A stretch of 32,000 nt of DNA from assembly GCA_963662715.1 (NCBI GenBank), contig OY759724.1, positions 840,001-872,000 of the forward strand. The letters are read 5' to 3'. Positions within the stretch are counted from its first letter, which is position 1. Each line of letters begins with the position of its first letter. A program made the translations under genes and the position numbers. Below the pieces are notes generated by a model, which ran no database searches, was not told the DNA's origin, and saw nothing but the letters and a program-made list of their open reading frames with translations. This document shows positions 1 to 10,300 of this stretch, piece by piece. This stretch comes from Candidatus Omnitrophota bacterium. GTDB taxonomy: Bacteria; Omnitrophota; Gorgyraeia; Zapsychrales; JANLHA01.

Positions 1-1177
1 TGCACCTGATCGCCCGCGGATCAAGCGGGACATCACCGCAATAACGCCCGTTCACCAAGAGAAAATACCGGGCTCTTTTCATCACAACACGCAGTTTTTT
101 CAAGTCTTCATATCTGATCCGTTTGATTTTCCGCACAGCCAAAATTTTAGCCGCAGCACGCATCCCCACCCCCGGCACACGGAGCAACGTACGGTAATCG
201 GCCTTGTTCACCTCAACGGGAAACTCGCCGATATGCCTCAGGGCCCAGCCGGCTTTGGGATCTAAACGCTCCTCAAGGTCAGGCTGCCGTTCATCCAGCA
301 GTTCCTCCACGTCAAACCCGTAAAAACGCAGGAGCCAGTCTGCCTGATACAGGCGGTGCTCTCTTAAAAGCGGAGGCTGCCGCGCGACGGGAAGCTGCCG
401 GCCGTCATTGACCGGGATATAGGCTGAATAATAAACACGTCTTAAACGCATCTTTCCATACAAAAACGCACATAACCTTAAAATCTGCAGGTCTCTTTCC
501 GGAGTCGCGCCGATGATCAGCTGAGTGCTTTGTCCGGCAGGAGTGAAGCTCTTAATATGTTTAAATTTGCGGCGCTCTTCTTTATGCCGGACGATTGTCT
601 CATGCACCTGCTGCATCCTCGACAAAATAGACGGATAAGTCTTTTGCGGCGCAAGCAAGGTCAAACTCTTAGCCGAAGGCAGTTCGATGTTAACACTGAC
701 ACGGTCTGCCAAACACCCGGCCTGCTGAACGAGCGTCCTGCCGGCGCCCGGAATCAGCTTCACGTGAATATAGCCCTGAAATCCATGCGTCTCCCGCAGC
801 AGGCGCATGGTCCTGATTAAAAGCTCCATCGTGTGGTCGGGATTTTTAACGATCGCGGAACTGAGGAAAAGCCCTTCGATATAATTCTTTTTATAAAAAT
901 TGATCGTAAGTTTGGCCAGTTCTTCCGGGGTGAATTGTGTTCTGCGGATATCATTGCTTCTGCGGTTTACACAATAAGCGCAGTCAAAGACACAGATATT
1001 GGAGAAAAGGACTTTTAATAAAGAAACACACCGGCCGTCCGCTGACCAGCTGTGACAAATACCGCCTAAACTTGCCCGCCCCAGCTTTCCCCCCTGCCGC
1101 GTTGAACCGCTGGACGCGCAGCTGACATCATATTTGGCACTGTCTGCCAATACGGCCAACTTTTGCAATAAATTCAC
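1..1177 (-). CDS. putative DNA modification/repair radical SAM protein with helix-hairpin-helix C-terminus (3' end runs off window)
   Basis: Absent from the ORF track because it has no stop inside the window. Hand translation from GTG at 1177 gives VNLLQKLAVLADSAKYDVSCASSG. It contains a radical-SAM CxxxCxxC (ICVFDCAYC), STQLIIGATPERD, LYQADWLLRFYGFDVEEL and an HhH-like LLRVPGVGMRAAAKI. I found no stop in this frame in what I translated: codon by codon from 540 down to base 2, and by eye above that. Confidence 0.8.
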   Translation of the reverse strand, partial: MNLLQKLAVLADSAKYDVSCASSGSTRQGGKLGRASLGGICHSWSADGRCVSLLKVLFSNICVFDCAYCVNRRSNDIRRTQFTPEELAKLTINFYKKNYIEGLFLSSAIVKNPDHTMELLIRTMRLLRETHGFQGYIHVKLIPGAGRTLVQQAGCLADRVSVNIELPSAKSLTLLAPQKTYPSILSRMQQVHETIVRHKEERRKFKHIKSFTPAGQSTQLIIGATPERDLQILRLCAFLYGKMRLRRVYYSAYIPVNDGRQLPVARQPPLLREHRLYQADWLLRFYGFDVEELLDERQPDLEERLDPKAGWALRHIGEFPVEVNKADYRTLLRVPGVGMRAAAKILAVRKIKRIRYEDLKKLRVVMKRARYFLLVNGRYCGDVPLDPRAIRC

Positions 1178-1255
1178 AGGCCCCCTCACAAAGGTTTTCT
1201 GTTTTACCGGATATTTTCAGACAGTAATTTTACCGTATTCATAAGGCGTTTTATT

Positions 1256-1277
1256 TTACCACACTTTTGTGTGGTAA
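1256..1277. repeat. perfect inverted repeat TTACCACAC-tttt-GTGTGGTAA upstream of the radical SAM repair gene (candidate operator; function unknown)
   Basis: 9-bp arms and a 4-nt spacer, read directly. It lies about 80-100 bp upstream of the GTG start at 1177. Confidence 0.6.
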
Positions 1278-1418
1278 TGACAATTAAATTTTTCAATTCA
1301 CAAAAAAAAGACTCGGCCTGTAGCGCCTAAAAACAGACATTAAAAACACCCTGCTATTGAAAAAAATCCCTTTAGAGACAATCATAATATCCCGGGATGG
1401 ATGGCCGGTTTTATTTCA

Positions 1419-1456
1419 CAAAAAAAGAAAGGCAGCCTTCCGCTGCCTTTCTTTTA
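1419..1456 (-). terminator. rho-independent terminator after the small peptide gene
   Basis: The minus strand reads AAAGAAAGGCAGC-GGAAG-GCTGCCTTTCTTT followed by TTTTTTT: a GC-containing stem of about 12-13 bp, a 5-nt loop and a U-run. It lies about 25 nt after the stop at 1481. Confidence 0.8.
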
Positions 1457-1480
1457 AAACACCCTATCCCTTTAAAATTA

Positions 1481-1615
1481 TTACTTTGCAACCTGATTTC
1501 TAACCACTTTTCCCTTGCCTTTGTCGCCATGATGCTTTCCCCCGCTGGCGAGTACAGGAGAAGCGGTTATGCCGAGAATACATCCCAACAAAAGCATGCA
1601 AATAATTTTTTTCAT
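1481..1615 (-). CDS. small secreted His/Lys/Gly-rich peptide (44 aa)
   Basis: This is the internal ATG of the 63-aa ORF, preceded by GGAAAGGAGGAcaggaac. The product is MKKIICMLLLGCILGITASPVLA|SGGKHHGDKGKGKVVRNQVAK, with a signal peptide (a possible LLGC lipobox or a VLA|S cleavage site). A strong terminator follows. Confidence 0.55.
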   Translation of the reverse strand: MKKIICMLLLGCILGITASPVLASGGKHHGDKGKGKVVRNQVAK

Positions 1616-1875
1616 GTTCCTGTCCTCCTTTCCACATCGTCCGTTAGACTCATCACAAAGATATCTGCCCAAGCAGGCCTTTGGTCCTTTTATCCTTAAA
1701 CAAAAAAATAACTGCCCACCTTTATGGATAGACAGTCACCGGATTGATCATAATTGGGCTACGGCAACTGGCTATCCTTTTCTCAGGACCCTTTAGCTTT
1801 GCGTCCCTACCTTGCGATAGGTTTGCCTTTTCGTCCTTCTTTCCTGCTAAACTTTATTCAATTAAAAGATACACG

Positions 1876-1926
1876 AAAAAATCCGGGAAAGCAAACAGAA
1901 GGAGAGAGCCTTATGTCTTTGCCCGG
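1876..1926 (-). terminator. probable intrinsic terminator after giant gene B
   Basis: The minus strand reads CCGGGCAAAG...CTTTCCCGG, an imperfect long hairpin with one bulge, immediately followed by ATTTTTT. It lies about 50 nt after the stop at 1975. Confidence 0.45.
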
Positions 1927-1974
1927 CTTTCGCGTACTGGATTCTTGAACCTCATATTAAATACAATCACAGAA

Positions 1975-4900
1975 TTAATGCAGATTCAACAACACGGGGA
2001 TATGCTCTAAAGGCAATGTCGAAACATTGATTAAATGCGGGGCGAGTCCCTGCATATTTTCCGGTTCCGGGATATCCACGGAGTATTCCGGCCCCATCCC
2101 CGGCACCGGAGACGGGACATAACGGCGTTCCAGATGCAGCAGGTTGGCATTAAACAAAATACCACCAGGGGTATCGGATTGACCGGCCAACGCTTCGGTT
2201 TCCGTAAGGCTTAAAGGTTCGCGGGCCATAACATCCGTCTCTGCCGCCCCACGGAGGGGACTGCTGACGGCGGTGCCCGGAGCCGGTTCTTTCATCCATT
2301 GCAAAACCCTTATGATATGCGCGATCGTCGTAAAATTATTCAACACATCCTGGTAAGACTTTTCTCCCATAGCCTCAAAAGTCCGGTCTCCGTTCTGCCG
2401 CTGCATATACAGGGTTAAAATCTTCGTCATATAATATTCTGTTTCTGCAATCATAAACTCCTCATACGGCATAGGCCGGCCGTCATGCGCATCCATATAC
2501 GCCTGCACCTGCTCACGGATTTCGGCAATATCCAGAAAAACCTCATCGACGCCCTGCTCCCTCCGGGCCTGATCGCGTCTTATAAGATCATCTACGGTGA
2601 CGCCTTTCTGGCGGTCATGGTCCCGGATCCCGACCAGGAAACCCATGGTCCCGTGCCCGTCCGGGTCCAGCTGACGGCCCAGCCCGCCGGTATCGCCCAA
2701 AATAGATACCGGGCCGGGGTGTACGGTCTCCCGCTGCGTGTCTGCGTCCACAATCCTGCGGCTCTTTCCGTGCAGCTTATTGGCCGTTGCCGCTAAACCG
2801 AATCCCTCTTCCAGGGAATTGGACAGGTTGCTGATAGGCAGAGTCATCAAAGCGTTTAACATGATCTGATGAATATCCGTGGGTGTTAAAACATTCACTT
2901 TAACGGACATCTCCCCCAAAGCCTGTTGCATTTTCCCGTCCGGATCCAGCTGCGGCACCATCAAATCCGGGTCAAGGCCCATACCCCGCAAACGATCCTG
3001 TGTCTGCTGCCACTGCTGCAGTTTTTCCGCCTCTCTTTCAATGTTCGAAGGCGTCCGGCGGCCTTCAAACTCGGCCTTGATATCCTGCTCGGGGTTGGTG
3101 GCGAAGAACAACCGCAGGACAGCGTATTCCAGATCCCCTGTCCCGAAACGGGTATTCAGTTTGGCGTTGATACGGTCCACCCGGCTTTTCAAATCCTCAA
3201 TACCCTCCCAGCCGGGATTATCGCTGGCGACGGGCCCGGTCAGAATGATCCGGATCCGCTGTCCGGCATTCTCGCCTTTGTCATACATCCGTTCAAACGC
3301 TTCCAGGGCCTCTGTCTTTCCCTTTAAGGGATCAACACGGGAATTGTGCGTGTAGAACAAGTCTTCAGCTGTCCTGTCAATCCGCAGATGATCCATGACC
3401 GCATCCACGGTCTGCTGGTTTAATCCGATATTGTAAAATCCGAAAATATCAATAGAGTTCAGGTTGGCGACAACCGGATGCGTGACCGGCAGGATTTTGC
3501 TTTCTTTCCCGTTGATCAGATAGTCATGATACGCGCTGTTGGCATGCGTATCCACAAAGTAAGACAGGAACTGCACTGCGCTCTTGGCTTCGTCACTCCG
3601 GGCGTCAAAAGGAATATGGCCGAACCAGGTAAAGACCGTATCCTTAAAATAAGATTCATAAAATTCCGGGAACTGCCGCTGCAGGATGCGGTATAAAGCC
3701 GCCGGCTGCGGGTCATTGACAATCACATAATGCGGGGCAGGGATATTTTGGGCACGGATCATTTTTATCATGGCGGCGGCATTCCTCATCGTCGTCCAGA
3801 TAAACTGATCTTTCATGTTAGGGGTATGAATGAGCCCCTCTTCTTTTCCGTGGAAAAGATAATGTAAAATAGGCGTTCCTTCTTCCCCGCTGAGATCATA
3901 TTTGAACCATTCCATGTTGAGATTCTCCGGAAAGGCCTTGGCATGGGCTATAAACGCCGAGATGATATCCCCGACGCCGCCGGCAATAGATGAGTTGATC
4001 ATCCAGACTTTTAACGGCTCCCCCTCCTGGGGGACGTACTCTCTTGTGAGGGCTTTAAGTTCGGCAATTTTCTCGGTGTAGTCCGGTGCTTTCATTAAAG
4101 CATCTTCCTGATATCCCTTGATCCCGTCAGTCTCACGTGTGAGGTTGATATTTCTTGATAACCGGGAAACCCGGCCTAGCTCTAATTGCACGGCCCTTTC
4201 CCGGAAACGGGTCAGAAGCGTTTCCCAATCCTGCGGCCGATTGGCTTTCAGATAGGCTTCCAGAGAAGACACCGGGAGCGTCATCGTATTTACGGCCCAG
4301 ACAATAAAGTCCAGATTCTCTTCAGGATTTCTTAAAGCCTCCGGGAGCTTAAGGGCGGCATTAATGATCTTCGTGCGGTCCCGCTGGCTGGTTTCATTGA
4401 ATGTCAAACGGATCTGCTGCAGATACGGGCCGGAAATTCCCATCTCGTCCACCGCATCCCAGAATTGCCGGAACGACCCGTCCCCCACCGAGACAAATTC
4501 CAGAAAAGCGATGTTGGGCAAGCGCCCGTTAGGATTGGCCACGGGATCGCGGAATTTGCGGGCCACCTGACTGGCGACGATAGGAGAACTCTTAACGTCC
4601 AGAATCACCGCAAGATTTTTTGCCGGGGTTATCCCTCCGGAAAAATACTTCCGGGGGACAATCTCCTCGCTCACGGGATCGACTTCCTCCCGGATAAAAT
4701 TGACAACGCCCTGCCGTAAAGTTTCAAAATACTGGTTATAAATCTTCTCTTTATACTCTGTTTCGCTGAGCGCAATCCCCGCAATCTTTTCCTGATTCAC
4801 ATAAACTTTCTTAAGAAAATTTTCTTTTAACGCCTGTTTATACCAGGTCGCCAAGATCATGGCGTGATAAATCTGCCGCAAGCGCGCGAAATGCCGCCCT

Positions 4901-5691
4901 TCATTCACTTCCCGCTCAATAACGGGCACAAGGACATCCCGGACAATCTGGGACGACAAGGCATTGAGTTCTTCGGCCTGCGCTTTGGTCTGGGACGGAT
5001 CACGGCCCAGGACTTCAGACTCAAAATTCTGATCAAGCGCGATAAGATCTTCCTCAAGCATGACCTTCAAATGACTTTCCGCGATATACGCGCTGTTTTC
5101 ATTTTCATAAATAACAGCCTTGTCCGGGATAATCCAGATTTTGTTAAACGTCTGGATCGGAATCTCAATCGTACCGTATTGCTCAATGGCCTCTTGATAG
5201 GTTTTATTCCAAAATTCCCGTCCGGCGGAAGTGTCAGGGTTCATGATAGAAGCAGACAATTTCTTCAAAACATAATCCTGTTCAAGCATTTCGCGGCCCA
5301 TAGCCGTCAGGCTTAAAGTTCCCGGGATGATCTTTTCCTTCTCGTAGGGAGAAAGATTCACCCAAATATCTTCCTCAGGGATTGTTAAAGACGCCAGGAA
5401 ATATTTCGCAAATGTATCAATCTGCTCCTTGGGGACATCCTCCTCTGCCTTAAGATCCTGGCCCGGCAAAATAATGAAATTGACGTTCAGGGGATTATCA
5501 GGATAAATCATAATGCCTTCTAAAAGCGTAGGAATGAAACGGTGATTTAAATCCACGATGAGGCTGTGTTCGGAGGCCACGCCCTGATAGTTCAGCACCT
5601 GGGCATAAGAAAAAGTTGAAGTCAAAAGAAAGCAAGGAATAAAAAGAAAGATCAGCAGATTGTGTGTCATTTTCCGCAAAACAAAAACCAC
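1975..5691 (-). CDS. giant secreted mosaic protein B: signal peptide + conserved N module + TreT/GT4-like glycosyltransferase core + GGIxxN C-terminal module
   Basis: 1238-aa ORF. The GTG start gives MVFVLRK plus a hydrophobic core and SYA|Q (an alternative ATG is at 5670). Residues ~45-353 are about 50% identical by eye to the N module of 10666..14385 (KYFLASLTIPEEDIWVNLSPYEKE, EVNEGRHFARLRQIYH, PRKYFSGG). Residues ~558-1020 carry GT-B/trehalose-synthase-like motifs (VWMINSSIAGGVGDI, VIVNDPQPAAL, NSRVDPLKG, LTGPVASDNPGW, EEGFGLAATA). The C-terminus carries VSSPL...PGGILFN. Confidence 0.85.
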   Translation of the reverse strand: MVFVLRKMTHNLLIFLFIPCFLLTSTFSYAQVLNYQGVASEHSLIVDLNHRFIPTLLEGIMIYPDNPLNVNFIILPGQDLKAEEDVPKEQIDTFAKYFLASLTIPEEDIWVNLSPYEKEKIIPGTLSLTAMGREMLEQDYVLKKLSASIMNPDTSAGREFWNKTYQEAIEQYGTIEIPIQTFNKIWIIPDKAVIYENENSAYIAESHLKVMLEEDLIALDQNFESEVLGRDPSQTKAQAEELNALSSQIVRDVLVPVIEREVNEGRHFARLRQIYHAMILATWYKQALKENFLKKVYVNQEKIAGIALSETEYKEKIYNQYFETLRQGVVNFIREEVDPVSEEIVPRKYFSGGITPAKNLAVILDVKSSPIVASQVARKFRDPVANPNGRLPNIAFLEFVSVGDGSFRQFWDAVDEMGISGPYLQQIRLTFNETSQRDRTKIINAALKLPEALRNPEENLDFIVWAVNTMTLPVSSLEAYLKANRPQDWETLLTRFRERAVQLELGRVSRLSRNINLTRETDGIKGYQEDALMKAPDYTEKIAELKALTREYVPQEGEPLKVWMINSSIAGGVGDIISAFIAHAKAFPENLNMEWFKYDLSGEEGTPILHYLFHGKEEGLIHTPNMKDQFIWTTMRNAAAMIKMIRAQNIPAPHYVIVNDPQPAALYRILQRQFPEFYESYFKDTVFTWFGHIPFDARSDEAKSAVQFLSYFVDTHANSAYHDYLINGKESKILPVTHPVVANLNSIDIFGFYNIGLNQQTVDAVMDHLRIDRTAEDLFYTHNSRVDPLKGKTEALEAFERMYDKGENAGQRIRIILTGPVASDNPGWEGIEDLKSRVDRINAKLNTRFGTGDLEYAVLRLFFATNPEQDIKAEFEGRRTPSNIEREAEKLQQWQQTQDRLRGMGLDPDLMVPQLDPDGKMQQALGEMSVKVNVLTPTDIHQIMLNALMTLPISNLSNSLEEGFGLAATANKLHGKSRRIVDADTQRETVHPGPVSILGDTGGLGRQLDPDGHGTMGFLVGIRDHDRQKGVTVDDLIRRDQARREQGVDEVFLDIAEIREQVQAYMDAHDGRPMPYEEFMIAETEYYMTKILTLYMQRQNGDRTFEAMGEKSYQDVLNNFTTIAHIIRVLQWMKEPAPGTAVSSPLRGAAETDVMAREPLSLTETEALAGQSDTPGGILFNANLLHLERRYVPSPVPGMGPEYSVDIPEPENMQGLAPHLINVSTLPLEHIPVLLNLH

Positions 5692-5790
5692 CTTTTCTTT
5701 TAAAGAGACAGTTATTCTATTGAAGGGACTGACATCTGGGACAGGGTGAGTAAATATCAGTACAACTATTATTTACTTGGGATTATTTAA

Positions 5791-5819
5791 ATTATAACAC
5801 GATACCGGCAGCAAGGCAA
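5791..5819 (-). promoter_or_regulatory. sigma70-type promoter for gene B (TTGCCT-17-TGtTATAAT)
   Basis: The minus strand reads TTGCCT tgctgccggtatcgTGT TATAAT, which has an extended -10. It lies in the 186-bp gap between the OMF gene and gene B. Confidence 0.5.
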
Positions 5820-5877
5820 ATCTTTACGCCCCAATTCAGAAAGGACATAGGGAAAGGGCGCAACAGGCTGGGAATAT

Positions 5878-7299
5878 TTATTTTTTATAAATATCCTTCC
5901 TTGAAATAAGCTGGTCTGTTATCCGGAGCCACTCAACCAATAATTTTTTGTACTGGGAATCATGGAGGATTTCATTGAAACGGTTATTATCCACAACGTT
6001 AACCGCATCAATATAATCATTGAGAGTGACTTTGCCGAACGAATAGTTTTCGGTTTCATCTTCCAGAATGGCCTTGGCCAGCCCGATCTTTTCCTGGGCA
6101 AGGCTTAAGAGTTCCTGTTCGCTGTTCAGCTGGACGGACAGGTCTTTGATATCTTTAAAAAGCTGAAAATGTGTTCCGGCATTGGTCAGTTTGGTCTGTT
6201 CCATAGTGATTTTTGATCTTTCATATTCGGCCTGATCAACCTGGTCCCCCAAAGGCCACTCCATCGCCACGGCGGCATAGACCATATTATCTTCATCCTT
6301 TATCGCAAAATCCTTTCCCCGGACATTGTAACCAAGAAGCAAGTCTATGGACGGCAGAAGATCGTCGGCCTCTTCATCAACCTGCAGCCGGCTTTTTTCC
6401 TCCAGAAGATTAAGGACTTTATACGTGCGGCTGGCCTCTTTAAACCTCCCGTAGTCTGCGTCAAAATCAACCCGGACTTCGCGGTAAAGACCCGGCCGTT
6501 GAGGGGTCAGCTTTTCACTCTCTTTATAACGGACGGCCTTCTCAATAAAATTAAGCGCCTTCCCGTATTCTTCTTCAAGTTCAACGAGCTTTTCCTTCTT
6601 CGCTAAAACCTGCAGATGCACTTTATTGACATCAATCGGCAGCGCGATATTATTCTGCTGACGCTCTTTAATGTTCTCCAGCAGCCTTAGATTCTCCCGG
6701 TAAGACGATTCCCCGATCTTTAAGTTCTCATAGGCTTCATACCAATCATAGTAGCCTACAATAATGACGGCCAAATAATCCTCATAAGCCTCGACGATCT
6801 GGTGTCTGGCGATATCAATTTCCAGGCCGATGATTTTATCCTTTAATTTCGTTGATTTTCCGAAAGCATTCCGGGCGATAGGCTGCGAAATCTCCAAGGT
6901 AAATTCCGATGTGTTGTCCGTCGAAGTATAGGAAGGGGTCGTCTCATATTCGGCCTTAAGGTTTGTGCCGGAAAACGGAAAAAGTTTGCTCAGCGACACA
7001 TTCCCTTCCGGCTCCTCCCTGTCCTGGTCCAGGATGAAATCGTACTGCGTTTTAACTTCCAGGACCAAATCCCCGGCCGGAAGCTTTAAATCCTTTTCAT
7101 AGTGAAGCGTAAGCTCTTCAATGAGGATCCGTTCGAATTCCGTGTCGTTGCCGACAGCGCGGGTAACGAACTCCTGCAGAGGGAAGATTCTGGTTCCGCT
7201 CTCCTGTTCCGGCTTGCTTTCTCCGCTCACCGCCCACCCCGGGAAAGACAGGGTGACTGTCATAAAAAGAAAAAGAATAAAATATATCTTATGTCGCAT
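5878..7299 (-). CDS. outer membrane efflux protein (TolC-like OMF)
   Basis: 473 aa. It has a signal peptide (MRHKIYFILFLFMTVTLSFPGWA) and the long helical/coiled regions typical of the OMF family. It starts 6 nt after the RND gene stop. Confidence 0.7.
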   Translation of the reverse strand: MRHKIYFILFLFMTVTLSFPGWAVSGESKPEQESGTRIFPLQEFVTRAVGNDTEFERILIEELTLHYEKDLKLPAGDLVLEVKTQYDFILDQDREEPEGNVSLSKLFPFSGTNLKAEYETTPSYTSTDNTSEFTLEISQPIARNAFGKSTKLKDKIIGLEIDIARHQIVEAYEDYLAVIIVGYYDWYEAYENLKIGESSYRENLRLLENIKERQQNNIALPIDVNKVHLQVLAKKEKLVELEEEYGKALNFIEKAVRYKESEKLTPQRPGLYREVRVDFDADYGRFKEASRTYKVLNLLEEKSRLQVDEEADDLLPSIDLLLGYNVRGKDFAIKDEDNMVYAAVAMEWPLGDQVDQAEYERSKITMEQTKLTNAGTHFQLFKDIKDLSVQLNSEQELLSLAQEKIGLAKAILEDETENYSFGKVTLNDYIDAVNVVDNNRFNEILHDSQYKKLLVEWLRITDQLISRKDIYKK

Positions 7300-7305
7300 A
7301 GGCTG

Positions 7306-10300
7306 TCATCCTTTGATACCGAATTTACATTCAAAATCCTTCAAAAAAGAATAAATACAGGGGATAAGAATCAATGTAATCAGTGTCCCAAAAATAAGCC
7401 CCCAGGCTAATGCCAGCATCATCTCGGCCAGCATGGCGTCATGACCGGCAAACCCGTAAGCTGTCGGCAAAACACCGGCCACCGTCGTCAGGGTGGTCAA
7501 GACGACCGCCCTGAGCCGCGTCTTAGCAATACCGGCTATCTGCTGATGAGACTGTTTCTTCCCTGCCCCCGGATCATATTCCCTGTCGAGCTTGACCAGC
7601 ATAATGATGGAGTCGTTCACAACCACCCCGGCTAACCCCAAAGCTCCGATAGCCGCAAAAAACCCGAATAAAACTTTCCCGTGCAGCCAGAAAGCCAGAA
7701 CGATACCGACAACGCCGAAAGGGATCGCCAGCATAATGATCAAAGGCCGCAGCAATGAATTAAAAAGCACCGCCAGCACAATATAGATCAATAAAACAAC
7801 CAGCAAGACGGCGCTTATCAGGTCCGCCCGGGATTCTCTCGTGCTTTCCACTTCCCCGGCAAAAGACAATGTGGTCGTCGGATACCGGCTGAGAATTTCC
7901 GGGAAGATGTTTTCCTCGAAATCCTCGGCAATATCAAGCGGGGTATATCCCTTTTTCTTCTTCAGATCCGCGTCGATGATCGTGGTCCGCTTGAGGTCTT
8001 CCCGGGTTATGGAATTAGGAGAACGCACTTTTTCCACATGCACCACGTCCCGCAAAGGCACCAGGTAATTCCCTTTATTTTCGACAGGAAGGTTCAGGAC
8101 TTTCTCTATATCATCTTTGGCCTCATCAACAATCGTAAAACGCACCTGGATATCTTCATCGACCCCGGTAAACTCATAAAGGACGCTGCCTTCGAGGGCT
8201 GCCCGGAATGTCGAGGCAATATCCACGGGATTGATCGAAAGGCGCTTGACCTTATCCCTGTTGATGTCGATCCGGTACTCATCAATATACATGTCCCCGT
8301 CCACCTCGATATTCTCCAGGGCCGGGTGTTCCTTCATTTTCTTCATGAGTTCTTCAACAATCCGCAGCCGTAAAGCATCGTCATTCTGCTGAACCATGAG
8401 TTCAAGCGCGCTGCCCGAATCCTGCCCCCACCGGCTTTTTCTAAAATTCAATTTCTGAAATCCCGAAAAAGATTCCGTGCCCTTCTTTAACTCTTTGACA
8501 ATCTGATCCGCCGATTTCTTCCGTCTCTCCTTGGGCAGGATCTCAAACAGTATCCGGAAATTGTTTTCCTCGACAGCCCCGCCCCGCCTGCTTCTGGCAA
8601 TATCCGTCCTGATGCCGACCTTCTCTTTGGCAAAATTCTTCAGGATAAATTCCTCAATCTTCCGTGTTTCTTCGGCTGTCTCAAAACGCTTCGCCCCCGC
8701 AGGGACTTCTCCGGAAATAACGATGTCCCGCGTCTCCTCGTGCGGGAACATCACAAACTTGAACCGGTGCCTGATCAAGAATCCGGAGAGCACCAGCAGC
8801 GCCACAAAAAACATTAAGACAACTCCCTTATAAGAAAGGATTCTCTGGATGAAACGGCCGTACCGGTCTTCAATCTCTTCAAACCAATGACTCTGGCGGC
8901 TGGCTTTAGGGACAGCTTTGTTTCTCCCGTTTAACTTGTTCAGGAAAGGGATCCTCAAGTCCATGTGCCCGGGAAGAATAAAAATGGACTCAAGGAAACT
9001 CGCCCCCAGAACAAGGAATATGATCGTCGGAATAGGCTGAATGAATTTCCCGAAATGCCCTTCAAAAAAATAAAGCGGGATGAAAGCCACACACGTTGTA
9101 ATAATGCTGGCTAAAACAGGCAACATCACATAGGCCGTGCCTTTCACGACCGCTTCTCTTCGCGCCATCCCCTGATTCGTCAGCCGCGTGATATTCTCGG
9201 CAACGACAATCGCATCATCGACAATGATCCCCATGACAATGATGATGGCCGCGAGCGTCATCCCGTTTATGGTGTGTCCCATTAAAGGGGCGAGGATAGC
9301 CGTAAAACAAAGCGTGAAAGGTATCCCCATGGCCACCCACAGCCCCGCCCGTCTGTTAAGAAAAACGAACAGGGTGATGACAATCAGGACGAACCCGATC
9401 GTTCCGTTTAACGCAATAAGGGACAGCCTGTTGCGGATATCAATGGATTCGTCATCCAGGAGCACCAGTTTGAGCGGAGTATCTTTAAGATTATTCTCCC
9501 GGAAGCGGTCCACAACTTTATTGACGCTGTCAAGAGCTTCAATAATTCCGTACGAACTGTTTTTGACAACATTTAAAATGACCGCCTGCCGGCCGTTGAC
9601 TTTTTGGATCTCTTTGCTTTTCTCAAAACCTTCGATAATATCAGCGACCTCCCCCAGCCGGACAACCTGCCCGTCAAACCCGCCCTGAATGATCAGATCC
9701 TTCAGTTCCTGCGGGGTATCCAATTCAGAAACCAGCGTGACCTGGGGTTCTTCCCGGGTTTCGATGGTCCCGGCGGGTTTTCGGACATGGTTATTTTTAA
9801 TCTCCTCCATGACCGTGTTGAACGGGATCTCATATTTAAGAAGTTTCTGCGGCTGAACTTTTATCTGCAGCTCTTCCTGCAGATAACCGCGCCGGTTAAC
9901 ACTATTGACATGGGAAAGATTCAGGAGCTGATTTTCAAGGGCAAAAGCATATTTCTGCAGGTCGCGCCTTTGTTCCGCATTCAAGATGTGGATATCATCA
10001 TTATAAAGAGCGATATCAATAATAGCCTTTTTGCTTGTTTTAAAGACCCGGATGTTGGGGTCATCAACGATCTCATCCGGCAGATCCACATCCAGGACAG
10101 TGTTCCTGATTTCCGTCACCACCTCATCTATATTGGGATAATCCTGCTCGATCTCTATCGAAACGCTGGACGTCCCTACACTTGAGGTGCTGGTGACTTT
10201 ATGCACCCCGTCCAGCCCCCGGACAGCTTCCTCTATGGGCTTGCTGACAAAATATTCGACATCTTCGGCCGGAGCCCCTTGATAGTTCACAGAAACCCTG

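Noticed and set aside
1133-1148. sigma54-like TGGCAC...TGCC motif
   Set aside because: The GG-to-GC spacing is 2 nt too short for a -24/-12 promoter. It is on the plus strand inside the radical SAM CDS, and no plus-strand gene lies downstream.
1397-2010. Plus-strand ORFs of 64-100 aa in the region between the peptide gene and gene B
   Set aside because: They overlap the minus-strand peptide gene, its terminator and the gene B terminator. They have no SDs and no motifs.
2485-5316. Several 68-158-aa plus-strand ORFs (for example 2879..3355 and 4864..5316)
   Set aside because: All are antisense within gene B. They have no motifs and no ribosome-binding sites. They are typical shadow ORFs.
5738-5746. 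Recurring GGGACAGG / CCTGTCC motif in the leaders of A (about 14526) and B and in the 16-bp IR arms (30116..30123)
   Set aside because: A 7-mer is expected several times by chance in 64 kb of two-strand sequence. The flanking sequence is not conserved among the three sites.
7592-10185. Plus-strand ORFs of 64-193 aa (for example 9188..9688 and 9604..10185)
   Set aside because: They are antisense inside the well-supported RND permease gene, and the Ser/Thr/Pro/Arg-rich translations lack features.
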